From Lama glama (taxonomy: Eukaryota), in the NCBI GenBank assembly GCA_028534125.1, contig CM052817.1, positions 19,656,001 to 19,720,000 on the forward strand: a DNA stretch of 64,000 nt, given 5' to 3'. Below, one piece after another: positions 52,720 through 64,000 of the stretch. How positions within the stretch are numbered: position 1 is the stretch's first letter; every line of letters starts with the position of its first letter. The notes under the pieces were generated by a model. It was not told where the DNA came from. It saw only the letters and a list, made by a program, of their open reading frames with translations, and did not search any database. A program made the translations under genes and the position numbers.

Positions 52720-53576
52720 CGATAAGAGGAAAAGGACTCAGTATTTCTACAGCAAGATATACTCACATCCTCATAAAGTTCACGTAGACTGTGCGCCTGG
52801 TTGTACCAGATCAGTCTGCCCACAGAGTCAGACTGAATATGTTTGTATGTCTCAGAACAGTAGAAAATAAACAGAACGGTATAAATTTCTTCCACTTGAG
52901 AATGGCAAAAAGTGTTTCCAGAACCAAACTGTTTGACCCCCAGCTTCATTACTTCTAGCTAAATAGAACAGACTGTTTCATAGGCAACATCCATTTTCCA
53001 AATTTTCCAAAGTAACAGAATACTGATCAATGTGCCCAGCTAAAAGACGGCATTTCTCAATCTCCTTTGTGGCAAGTCTGACAGAATTTTGGTCACAGAG
53101 AAAAAGAAAAGAGAAGAAAAGAAAAAAAAGGAAAAAAAATGTGTGTCTGCACTCTGGAAGACTCTTAAAAGGCAAAGGGAAGTTTCTTCTCCTACTATTT
53201 TAATGAGGCATATGTTAGATGCTTTGAAATTGTTCTGTACTTGCTGGATGTTCTGTCCTTTTATTACCATCATTATTATTCTTTTTTCCCTTTGGATTTG
53301 AGTTTAGGCAGTTTCTATTGACTTGTATTCCACCTCACTGATCATTTTCTTGTCTGCATCCAGTCAGCTGATGAAAACAACAAGGCATTCCTCATTTCTG
53401 TTATAGTAATTTTGATTTCTAGAATTTTCCCTTGAATCTTCCTTAGGTTTTCATTTCCTTCTCTCTGCTTACATTACCAATCTGTTTATATATGTTATCT
53501 ATATTAATCATAGTTATTTAAAATTTTCTGCTTTATAATTCTCAAATCTGTGTCATATATTTGTCTTCTTTTGAAG

Positions 53577-55289
53577 ACATGCTCTTGGATTGGAATAATT
53601 AATATTGTTAAAAAGTACATACTACCCAAACCAATCTATAGATTTAATGCAACCTCAATCAAAATACCCATGACATTTTTAACAGAACTAGAACAAAATA
53701 ATCCTAAAATTTATTGAAACGCAAAATTGCAAAAGTAATCTTGAAGGGAAAACAAAACAAAAGAAAACAAAAAACCCAACTGAAGGCATCATTATCTCTG
53801 ACCTCAGACTATACAAAGCTACAGTGATTAAAACAACATGGTACTGGGACAAAATCAGACACATACATCAATGGAACAGAATAGAGAGCCCAGAAATAAA
53901 CCCACCCACTCAATGTCAATTAATCTATGACAAAGGAGGCTAGAATTTACAATGGGAAAAAGACAGTCTCTTCAATAAGTGATGTTGTGAAAACTGGAGA
54001 GCTACATGTAAAAGAATGAGATTAGAACATTTCTCATACTATACATAAAAAAGAAACTCTAAATAGATTAAAGACCTACATGTAAGACTTGAAATCATAA
54101 AACTCCTAGAAGAGAACATAGCAGAACACTTTTTGACATTCACTGCAGCAATATATATATATATTTTTTTGATCTGTCTCCTAGGCCAAAAGAAATAAAA
54201 GCAAAAAAAAATAAATGAGAACTAATGAAATGTTAATGTTTTTGCATAGCAAAGAAAACAACCAACAAAACAAAAATACAATCTACTGATTAGGGGAAAA
54301 TATTTGAAAATGGTATGACTCATAAGGGGTTAATATCTAAAATATATTAACAACTCATACAACTAATTGTTAAAAAAAAACTACCCAATTAAAAAATGAA
54401 CAGGAAACCTGAATATACATTTTTCCAAAGAAGACATACAGATGGCCAACAGGCACATGAAAATATGCTCATCATAGATAATCAGAGAAATGCAAATTAA
54501 ACCCACAATAAGATAGCACCTCACACCTGTCAGAATGGCTATCATCCAAAATCTACAAATAACAAATGTTGGCAAGGATGTGGAGAAAAGGGAACCCTCA
54601 TACACTGTTAGTGAATGGGAATGTAAATTGATGCAACCATTATGGGAAACAGTAAGGAGTTTCCTCAAAAAAGCTAAGAACAGAGCTACAATATTATCCA
54701 ACTATCCAACTCCTAGGTATATATCAAAGAAAATGAAAATACTAATTTGAAAATGTACATGTACCCAATGTTCATAGCAGCAGTACTTCCAATAGCTCAG
54801 ATATGGAAGCAACTTATGTGTCCATCAGCAGATGAATGGATAAAGAAGATGTGGTTTTATATGCAAATGGAATATTACTCAGCCATAAAAAGAATGAAAT
54901 TCTACCATTTGCAACAGTGTGGACAGACTAGAGAGTATTATGCTAAGTGAAATAAGTCATACAGGGAAAGGTAAATACTAAATGCTGAATGTTATCACTT
55001 ATCTTTTCTATCTAAAAAGCAAAACAAACATGTACGTAACAAAACATAAACAAACTTACAGATGTAGAGGACACTAGAGAGGTCACTATAAGTTACCAGT
55101 AGGGAGAGGGACTGGGGGAAAAGCAAGTTGGGAGAAGGGGATTAAGAATACAGGATAGGGAAATGCAGCTGTTATTTTGTGATCATTTCAATAGTGTATA
55201 AACTACAAAAATACTGAATCACTATTTTGTACACCTGAAACTAATATTACATTAACAATAAACTATTCTTCAATTAAAAATAATTAAAA
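53577..55289 (+). mobile_element. L1 ORF2 3' third plus 3' UTR and A tail
   Basis: ORF2 peptides ([43 protein letters not shown]). Confidence 0.95.
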
Positions 55290-55331
55290 GTGACCCAATC
55301 AATAAATTTTAGCATATATCAGATTATCTCT

Positions 55332-55465
55332 AGTTCTCATTAAAACACATATTGCCTAGTTATGCCCCTCAGAACATCTGATTCAACAGATCTGAGGTGG
55401 GAACTCATAATTTACATTTCCAAAAAGTTCTTACATGATGCTGAGGCCCTTTGAAAAGCAGTGTC
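55332..55465. mobile_element. MER5-type hAT fragment
   Basis: tctgattcaacagatctgaggtggg...atttacatttccaaaaagttc...tgatgctga. Confidence 0.65.
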
Positions 55466-57579
55466 TTAAATCGTCTCTTATATGTAACCAGTTTTCTTCT
55501 CTCCTTTGCATCTAGAATAGTACTATTGAAAAGAAAGTCCCACAAACCATTTTCTATGTGGTTTAATTCTCCCATAAATTTCACTGGAGAGTGCTTGCCA
55601 GAAAATGTCACAGTCTTTATGTAAGATACCTCTTACCTCTTCCTATGAGCTGTGTAGAAACAATATAAGAACCTCTAACAGTGAGAAACACTTGGCATCG
55701 GTGAGATTGCTTTGAACATCTCCATGCACTGGAAATAAATACTTTAATTTTGTCCAATGGGACCTCTTGGAAATGATCTATGATTAGAGTAGCCTACACA
55801 AGTTTGAAGAAGAGTGTCTGTTAATTAAATATATCACTGAATAAATTATGGAAAGACTTATATGCTAACAGAGTCGCTGATTTGCAGAATGTGCTGACAC
55901 GCCCTTCTTCTCTGACCTGTTTTATGTCTATAAGTACTTACGAAAACTTAACCCTGAAAATTAACCTGAAATTCTTTCTGCTTTGAGCCCTTTATTCCCT
56001 ATGGCAGTGAAGACTGATGGTCTAACAGTGAGTGAGTATAATTTTGACAACAGCAAAATATTTATCTACGTGTGTTTAATGAAGAGTGAGCTTATCTCAA
56101 GTCTGCCAGATACTTTAAGATTTATGGGGTAAAACTTGCACCTGCTATAATATTCCTTCCCGTTTCCTAGGGCTTCCTTTCTCCTCTTCTTTGAGTGCAT
56201 CCTTTCTTGTTTGAGAAAATGAAATCTGAATTTTACATTTCTTTCCTCCCATTTTCTTTATCATTTAGCTTAGCTTGATTATTTATTTTTGACTTTCATC
56301 AATTATTTTCATGATGGCTTACCTTTTTTATTTTAGATTTTGTTTGCCTTATTTCAGTTTGCCCTTCTCTGTGTTGCTGCCTTTAATTCATGTTCAGAAT
56401 TGTTTGCCAGGCTTTTGGATTTTTTTTCTGCCTTTTATTTTCCCTCTGTTGATTCTCTGGTGCTCTTATTTTGCTGCTAGAGTCAAAATGGATGTGAAAC
56501 CAGTGTCTCATGTGGATTTACTCTGTTCTGCACAACATTTTTCTTTTATATTTTTGTTTGTTACAAATTATCATGGCTTATAAACCCTTCCAGGCTTTTC
56601 AAAGGGTTTTGTATTACTAAAACATGAAAAATAAAAGGATGTAGCAGTTTCAAAAGGACAGATTCCCTTTTAGAAGTCACAGAGGATGCTAAAGTAAAGC
56701 AACAAATGGCAGTTGAATGCATTTTTCAACATCACGAGGTAATATGGCTGCTCTTATAATGTCACGGAAGTTAATGAGGCAATTTCCTGTGGAGAGGCAA
56801 GGTGGCTCAGAGCAATGCTCATGGCACATTCTGACAGAAAAACAAACCCTCTTTGCTCACTGGAGATTACAGTTTCAAAATAATTTAGAAATGAGCGTCT
56901 ACTTATGAAGAATGGAATCACTGACCCAGGATTATCTAGAGCTTCAGATACCTGGTAGTGAGGCAGACATATGGTTAGCAGAACACATTCTTTGCTAAGT
57001 ACCCTGTGGGCCCAAACTTGAAAGAAAGATCCTAGACAGTTTATGTCCACCTTAAGATCTTGTTAGACTGTTAGATAGTATCTCACAGGTTTCCTAGTGG
57101 CGGGCCCTAGCAATCACCTCACCTCTGGCCCATTAAGGAGAAGACGTCACTGAAAGTGTAGAGGCTTACACAGAGCAGTTCCAGGAGATTGGGGACTTAG
57201 ACCAAAACCAATAACATAAACAAAACTACATTACAGGTCAAAAGAGGTTAGACTGCTAGAATGTCAACCAAAACCTCACCAAAGAAAGATGCTGTTGGAG
57301 ACTACTGTCACACAGAATACTGGCCTTGTGGCATCATAAATTCTTCACGGCCCTGCCTTTACTTCAGACTGGAAGCTCCAGGCAGGGTATTTTGACTGGC
57401 TGAGCCTCGATTGTATACTAGACATCAGGGTGGTGCCAGAAGTACCAGCTTCTCACCGGAGAGGTGGGCACATAGGAATTCTCATGGTGTGAAATTCCTT
57501 TAATAGAAGGAAGCCACGATGCAGAAGAGCCAAGAAAATAAAAATATCTCATATCTATGTATTATGTATGCATTCCTGA

Positions 57580-60500
57580 GCTCTATAGTTTTACCTGCTT
57601 TTGAATTTTATAAAATTGAATCAAAATGTATGTTCAGTAGGATAACATTCTTTGATTCAATTTTATGTTTGTAGGATGCATGTTGATGTGTGTAGCAAAT
57701 AGGTTTATGACCTGAGAGATATTGTATTCCATTTTATAACTGTATTACAATGTATATATTTATTTATCCTATTTAGGATTTTCTCAGTTTTGATTACTAC
57801 AGACAATGTTTCGCACGTTCTTTTAAATGCATCCTGACCTTCTGTAGTGTATTTGCCCAGGGGTGGAATTTCTGGGGTTTAGAGGAATAGATACATATTT
57901 GATAAGTAATGAAAAATTACTTTCCAAAATGTTTATACCAATTTGTGCTTCTGCCACCAGACTGTGAGAGTTCCCCTTGCATCTGCATTGGTTCGTTATT
58001 GCCACAATGATGTGGCTAAACAAGCCACCTCAAACACAGTGGCTGAACGTTGTGATTGTTTATTCTCATTATTATAATCCATGGCTGTCTCTGTTTCACA
58101 CTGCAGTTGTGCGGGTCCAAGTCTGCTCCATGTCCCCTCATCCCATCTTCCTATTTCTGACGGCAGATGCCTGAGAAAGCAAGGTGCACACACTTTCAAA
58201 GCTCCTGTTAACATCCCACTTGCCAAAGCAAGCCACCAGGATAATCAACAATCAGAAGTAAGGAAAGGTACTCCACCTTTGGTGGGAAATACTACTTGGT
58301 TATATGGCAACAATGTGGTAGAGGGAAAAGTGAAGAATTAGGACCAGTAATTTATCATATCTCTGCATTCTCATCAACATTAGGTATTTCCAATCTTCCA
58401 AAAATGGTATATAAAATATTTTATTGTGGCTGTAATATATATTTACCTGTTTATTAATGAGGCTAGACATATTTTTATATCTTCATTGGACTTTTATGTT
58501 TCTCCTTTTGTGAAATACCTGATTACATGTTCTGCCCCCCATTTTTTAAAAAAGATTCTTTGTCTGTTTCTCCTGAGAGCCATTCTGTATTTTGTTATTT
58601 GTCTTTTTCCACCACATATGTTCTTATCAAGTCTTTTAACTTCCTTTATAATGATTTTTACCAAAAGTTCTTACTTGTAACTTAATCAGATAGATCCTTT
58701 GACATATTGTTAATACCTTTTTTTGTTGTTGTTGTTCTGCTTAAGAAGACCTTTGTCTAGACTGAGGTTATGAAAATATTCTCCTGTATTATGTTATCTC
58801 TGGAAATCTTTATAGTTCCTCCTCATACATTTAGTTACTCAATGTATCTTGATACGGCAAGTCTTTCCACTTGATCTTCAAGTGTGTCTTGGGCTACTCT
58901 TGTCCTTTTGTACTTGAAATAAAATTTAAATTCAGCATTCCAAGTTCTACAAAATACCAGTGTACTTATTTTAATTTATAGCACATTGAAGTTACACAAT
59001 GAAGTTACACACTGAATTTTGACAGATGTTTTTCCAATAATGAACTTAATGAGTTTTTCAATTCATAAAATTAGTTTGATCTTTAGAATTTTTCTAAATA
59101 GTTTTGTAATTTTCTCAATAAAGGTCTTATATTTTTTTGTTTATTCCCGGATACTTGGTATTTTTGCAGCTATGGTAACAGTGTCATTATAAAAAATTTT
59201 ATTTTCTAGCCATTTATTTTCTAAGGATTTAATGCTGGACTGTAACATTAATTTGTGAGGTTCTTCATTTTTTGCCGAGCAATGCTTCTGAGTTCATTCA
59301 TTAATTCTAATAATATTATCTACTAATTGCTTTGGGAATTTCTATGTATGAAGTAATATCATCTGTGAATATTGAAAGTTATTTCTTCCTTTCAAATTCT
59401 TATAACATTTATTTTAATTGCTTGCATTTAAAGTATTGGCTGTGATCTAAAGTAAAATGTTAAATCAAAATGTTAATAGCAGGCATTTGGGCTTTAAATT
59501 GAATATGAAAAAGAAGGGTTTGCACATTTTACCATTTAATATTGTTTGCTCTAACTTTTGAGGACACTTTTTTAATCCCTTTTTGAAAAAGCCTCTTAGA
59601 TTTCCACTTGAAAAAAACAACATGAATGGTTGCTTAATTTTTAAATGCTTTTATGGTATCTATGCAAAAGACTATTTCATTTTTTTTTTACTCCTCACTC
59701 TTTAATATAGTTAAACTTTAATTTTCTAATGTTAAATTAACTTTACCCTCATCAGATAATCTATAGTTAATTATGATGGCTTACTGGAACAGTTTATTAA
59801 TACACTAGGGTTTTTTTTTTATCATTATTTATGATTTAAGATTGGCCTTAAATTTTTCTTTCTTTGATGTCTTTTTCAGGTTCTGATAGCAAGGTAGCCT
59901 AAAATGAGTTGAAAAAGGTCTCTTCATAGTTTATTTTTTAACTGTGTTTGTAATATTGGAAACAAATATTCTTTGAAAGCTTGGAAAAACTTAGTGGTGA
60001 AGTCTTTTTAGCCATAAGTTATTTCATGGGAATAATTGTGTCTGATGACTTAATTCTGAAAAATATATAAATTTTAAGGTTTTAATTATATTTGTATATT
60101 TCATTTAAATATTCAAAATGCTTCATATTTTCTAAAATTTTCTATTTTTAAGTATGTTTGACATATCTGAGTTATTTTTTCCTTTACATTTGCGTAGTAG
60201 ATTCAACTTTTTTTCCTCCATTATTTACTTTGCTCTCTTAATATTTTTTCCTTCTAGAATTTTTTTCTATAATAGTTTTGTCCAACTTCTTGAATGAATG
60301 GTTAGTTTACTTCCTTACTTTTATAATTGCCTAGTATAAGATTTATGGCAATGTATTCCTTTTAAATTCTGCCTTATTTCTAGGCCTTAAGTTTTGGCAA
60401 GTGATATTTTTATCATTTAGTTCAAAATACTTGCCAAATTTCATTGTGATTTTTTTAACTAAGGTGTAACTTAGAAGTGTTCATTAATTTTTCAGAAATA

Positions 60501-60580
60501 TAGGAGATTTAAAATTATTTTTTAATTGGCTTCTGCTTTACTGCATCATAGTTATAAAGTATGATCTAGAATTTGAAAAA
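57580..60580 (-). mobile_element. Ancient L1ME relic (3' UTR and ORF2), interrupted by an MLT1 LTR
   Basis: T-rich antisense L1 motifs (ttccaaaatgtttataccaatttg; atatcatctgtgaata; cctaaaatgagttgaaa). Confidence 0.75.
57984..58362 (-). mobile_element. MaLR LTR (MLT1H-like)
   Basis: ttattgccacaatgatgtgg...cacagtggct; aacatcccacttgccaaagcaagccac; gtgaagaattaggacc. Confidence 0.75.
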
Positions 60581-61329
60581 AATTTTTTTGAACCCCCCTG
60601 TACAATTCAGTAAATGTAAGGTGATAATATTACTTATTTTCTGATCTGTTATACTTTTGAGTGTGAAAAGAGATTGTAACCCTCAGAAAAACAGCTTGAG
60701 CAAATCAGGCTGCATGGTTATCCAAACTATGTAATACATCTTCGTAACTTTTCCACAGATGCTGGAAAATTACGTGTTTTCTATAGTGGTGTTCCGGGTC
60801 CTACATATAAAGTAGTAAATCGCAGGGGGGAAAAAAAAAGATTAATAGGAAGCAGAGATGTAGTAAAGTCACAGATCTAGACCCTCTTTAGAATTTCCAT
60901 GTGTCATTTGCCAACTAAAAGAGGGATTATAAAAATATCCCAACCACAAATAAAACACCTCACAGACACACACACCCTTATACATACACATGCATTTTTA
61001 TAAAATGTCACATCTAGAGCTTTCAATAAAATTTTTAGAAAGGAACTTACTGCTTTCTGACTGAAGTTAATACAAAGTCCTTTATATGTGTACCAGGGCA
61101 GCAGTATTTCCTAAAATGAGCAATACTCTCAATTTGCCTCTCTAGCTAATACTCTTAGATTATGTTAATTTACTCTCTACTCTTTCCTACCTTTCTCTGT
61201 GACTATGGACCATATCAGTCAAACCCCCTTCCCCTCTGGGTTTTGGGTGCCTTCAGCTTTTGGAGAGCACAGGTGACAAGAAGTCAAGGTCTGATTATTT
61301 AGTATTTACCAGGGTAAAGCCCTAGTTCA

Positions 61330-61585
61330 CTTTACCAGTTCTCAAGAAGTCAATGGCCAGTCTCCTGTGCCCAACGCCATAGTTCTCTTCTACAGCTATG
61401 GATCTCTGTCTGTCTTCCCTTCCACTTGCCCCTTCAAGCTTAAGGGTAAGAATGGCTTTCCCACTCTTGCTTAACCCTGGGTGCTTCATCATTTCTTTTT
61501 CTAAACTCCATTCACATTTTTCTATTTCTTTAATTAAACATTTTCTATTAACCTATGAATGACCTGCCACAACCCTGATTAGTAG
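61330..61585 (+). mobile_element. LTR33-like ERVL LTR 3' part
   Basis: ccccttcaagcttaagggtaagaatggctttcccactcttgct...gtgcttcatcat...accctgattagta. Confidence 0.65.
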
Positions 61586-63194
61586 AGCATGTTACTATAT
61601 TTTAAAATACATGTAAAATCAATTCACAATTATAATTCATAATTCAAAAATATTCATGTAACACCTAAAACGATCTAAAGTATCCCCGATTGCATACAAA
61701 GTCATGCTTTAGGGAACACTGTCCTGTACACTGTTTAAATTTACTCAGCTTTCTTAAATATAAATGAGATTTGGTTTCTTAAGAGGATGTAGAGAAGATT
61801 TCCCAATAGTGAGTAGGATTCATTAAAAGACGGTGACTTTTATATAATGCAAATAATAGGTATAATCTAATGAGAGCTATTATTAGGGACAATAATGTAT
61901 TACTTCTATGTAAGAATATCCAATAGAACTAAGGTAGATTATAAAGCTGCTAAAATGCTCACTTAAGATTAGATATCACATTTTACCCTCAGCAAATATT
62001 TGTTGTATTAAATGTTCAACCAATACCACTAATTGCTTTCAAATCTGTCAGTTACAGATCAATTCACCGTCTCCCTTTACCCAAAGGTGAGACTTTCATT
62101 GATCAAGTGAGAAAGGGTTAATCATAGAAAAATGAGACGAGAGAAAGTGAGAAAAGGAGTCCTCATTTTGAAGATGTCATCCTCAACATCCTAAATGAAG
62201 ACAAAGTTACATTTGAAGAATCTTGGAATTTGAGCATTTAAATTTTCAGGTAGAAGATTTCGGCTTTCTTATCACCTCTGTACTTAACAGGGGCCAGGAG
62301 TCTGGGAAATTCTGAGCTTAAAAAGAGAAGAATTTGGTGCCAGAGTGAGAGGAGTGAAGTGGGAGATATATTTCACGGTGTGTCTCGTATAAACACTTAT
62401 TCCTGTCTTCCGCAGAATAGGCTCTTTTGGAAAGCCCTCTTATAAAAGGACTGGACTGCCAATTTCTTAGCAAGCTGAAATCCTAGAAATATCATCACTG
62501 ATGAATCACTTCTTACTGAGGAGCCAATTTAGAATAGAATTGGGCAGGCAAGCTGCTAACAGTAGGGTAGAGGCTTCTGAGGTGCATAAGGACAGAAGAA
62601 GAGAAGAACAGCATGTTCTTTTCTCGTTAATTTGGTCCATAACCTTGGCACTAAAGTGATAATGGAAATCACAGAAGGTGAGAATGAAGATCTCCAACCA
62701 GGCTAGTGAGGATGTTACATGATACATCAGTTATAAAACTTCCTTCGACTACGTATATAGATTGAGCGTCTCATACCTCTTAGCACTTAACCTACTGTTA
62801 CTGTGGAGTCATAGAACAAGTGAGGATTTTGAAGTCAGATGAGTGGGAGTTAGCGAGTACGACAGGTGAGACGTTTAACCTTTCTTGCCTTTGGTGTTCG
62901 CTTTGGTAAAACAAGGGCATTTGGTTAGATTATTTGAAAGGTCTCCATAAAATCTATGGCTCCAAATACATTTAATGATCAGACTCTAAGTATAGCAGAT
63001 ACGGTATAAGAGGAAGGAAAGTGGATTTATTTCAAGAGAAAACAGTCCTGGTTTTGAGGCGTAGACTTACTTAAATCTTTTCTCCTCTTACCTTGTGATC
63101 TTGAACTGAAAACTGCAGTTTCTTTTCTTCAAAATGGGCATAATAATTCTTGCTGAAGGTATTTTTGTTAAAGGAAAAATGAGAGAAAGCATAG

Positions 63195-63294
63195 NNNNNN
63201 NNNNNNNNNNNNNNNNNNNNNNNNNNNNNNNNNNNNNNNNNNNNNNNNNNNNNNNNNNNNNNNNNNNNNNNNNNNNNNNNNNNNNNNNNNNNNN
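63195..63294. other. Assembly gap (100 N)
   Basis: Run of N. Confidence 1.
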
Positions 63295-63497
63295 ACTGTT
63301 GTGTGTTAAGATGTTGGTGTCACAAGACGGTGGGTCATCTGTCATTCTGAGACCCTGATTGACTAACAGAGTCGAGTCCCCAGCAACCTGAATTAGACAA
63401 GTAAAGCTAGTGGAAAATAAACTTTGTTGTAAGGCCACAGAGATTTAGAAGATACTTTGGCTTCGTAGCATAAGTAAACTTTCCTGAGCAATAGAGG
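63295..63497 (+). mobile_element. MLT1J-like LTR 3' part
   Basis: aaataaactttgttgtaaggccacagagatttag...gtagcataa...tcctgagcaata. Confidence 0.7.
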
Positions 63498-64000
63498 CAT
63501 TAATATGAGGGAAAAAAGTCTTTGTTGAATATTCCAGGCCACAGAGAAATCACTAAGTCAAAGGAACATATGAAGGATGGATATTAAGCAGACTTGAACT
63601 TTAAGGAACACAAGGACTGAACAGTTGGGTAATAGGAAAATGTCGTGGACGTGGCTAAGGTGACACATTTTAAAGTAGGCTGGTCCCCAAGGTGCATGGT
63701 TCGTATTGGGGATTACTAGAAATTGAACCAAGTCCACGTCAGTAAACAAGAAGGTTCAAACCACAATACGTTTCTATCAAATGTCATTGTGTGTCTGGAG
63801 TGTCCTTTTGGATTCCTTTTCTCTAGAAGCTCATTATTCTGAAGAAAGCAAAAAAAGGTTTGTCCCCTTGGGAAAGGAAAATGTTTTATTCTGGCAACAA
63901 TCATATAGGTAGAAATTCAAGGCAGTCCTCTATGTGAAGTGTGGTGATAGAATTTACATATTTATATGTACATATTTATAATGATATCATATACTCATAT

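Overview
AT-rich mammalian genomic DNA made mostly of transposon relics, with four assembly gaps (two of 500 N, two of 100 N). No host protein-coding gene can be called with confidence. Most ORFs in the supplied track are chance ORFs, L1/ERV relics or gap read-throughs. The repeats are MIR, L2, old and younger L1, MaLR (MLT1) LTRs, ERV1 solo LTRs, an ERVL (LTR16/ERV3-16A3-type) provirus with gag and protease relics, and hAT/Tigger MITEs. I recognised no Alu, Bov-tA/BovB, PRE-1, CHR, Can-SINE or ERE; together with the young L1 3' ends this suggests an artiodactyl, probably a camelid (inference). The main find is a degraded endogenous parvoviral element at about 22551-23280 (+). It encodes the Rep/NS1 SF3 helicase region, recoverable only by following frameshifts; the ORF track shows only its antisense shadow. 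Repeat subfamily names come from recalled consensus similarity, not a database run, and most repeat boundaries are approximate.
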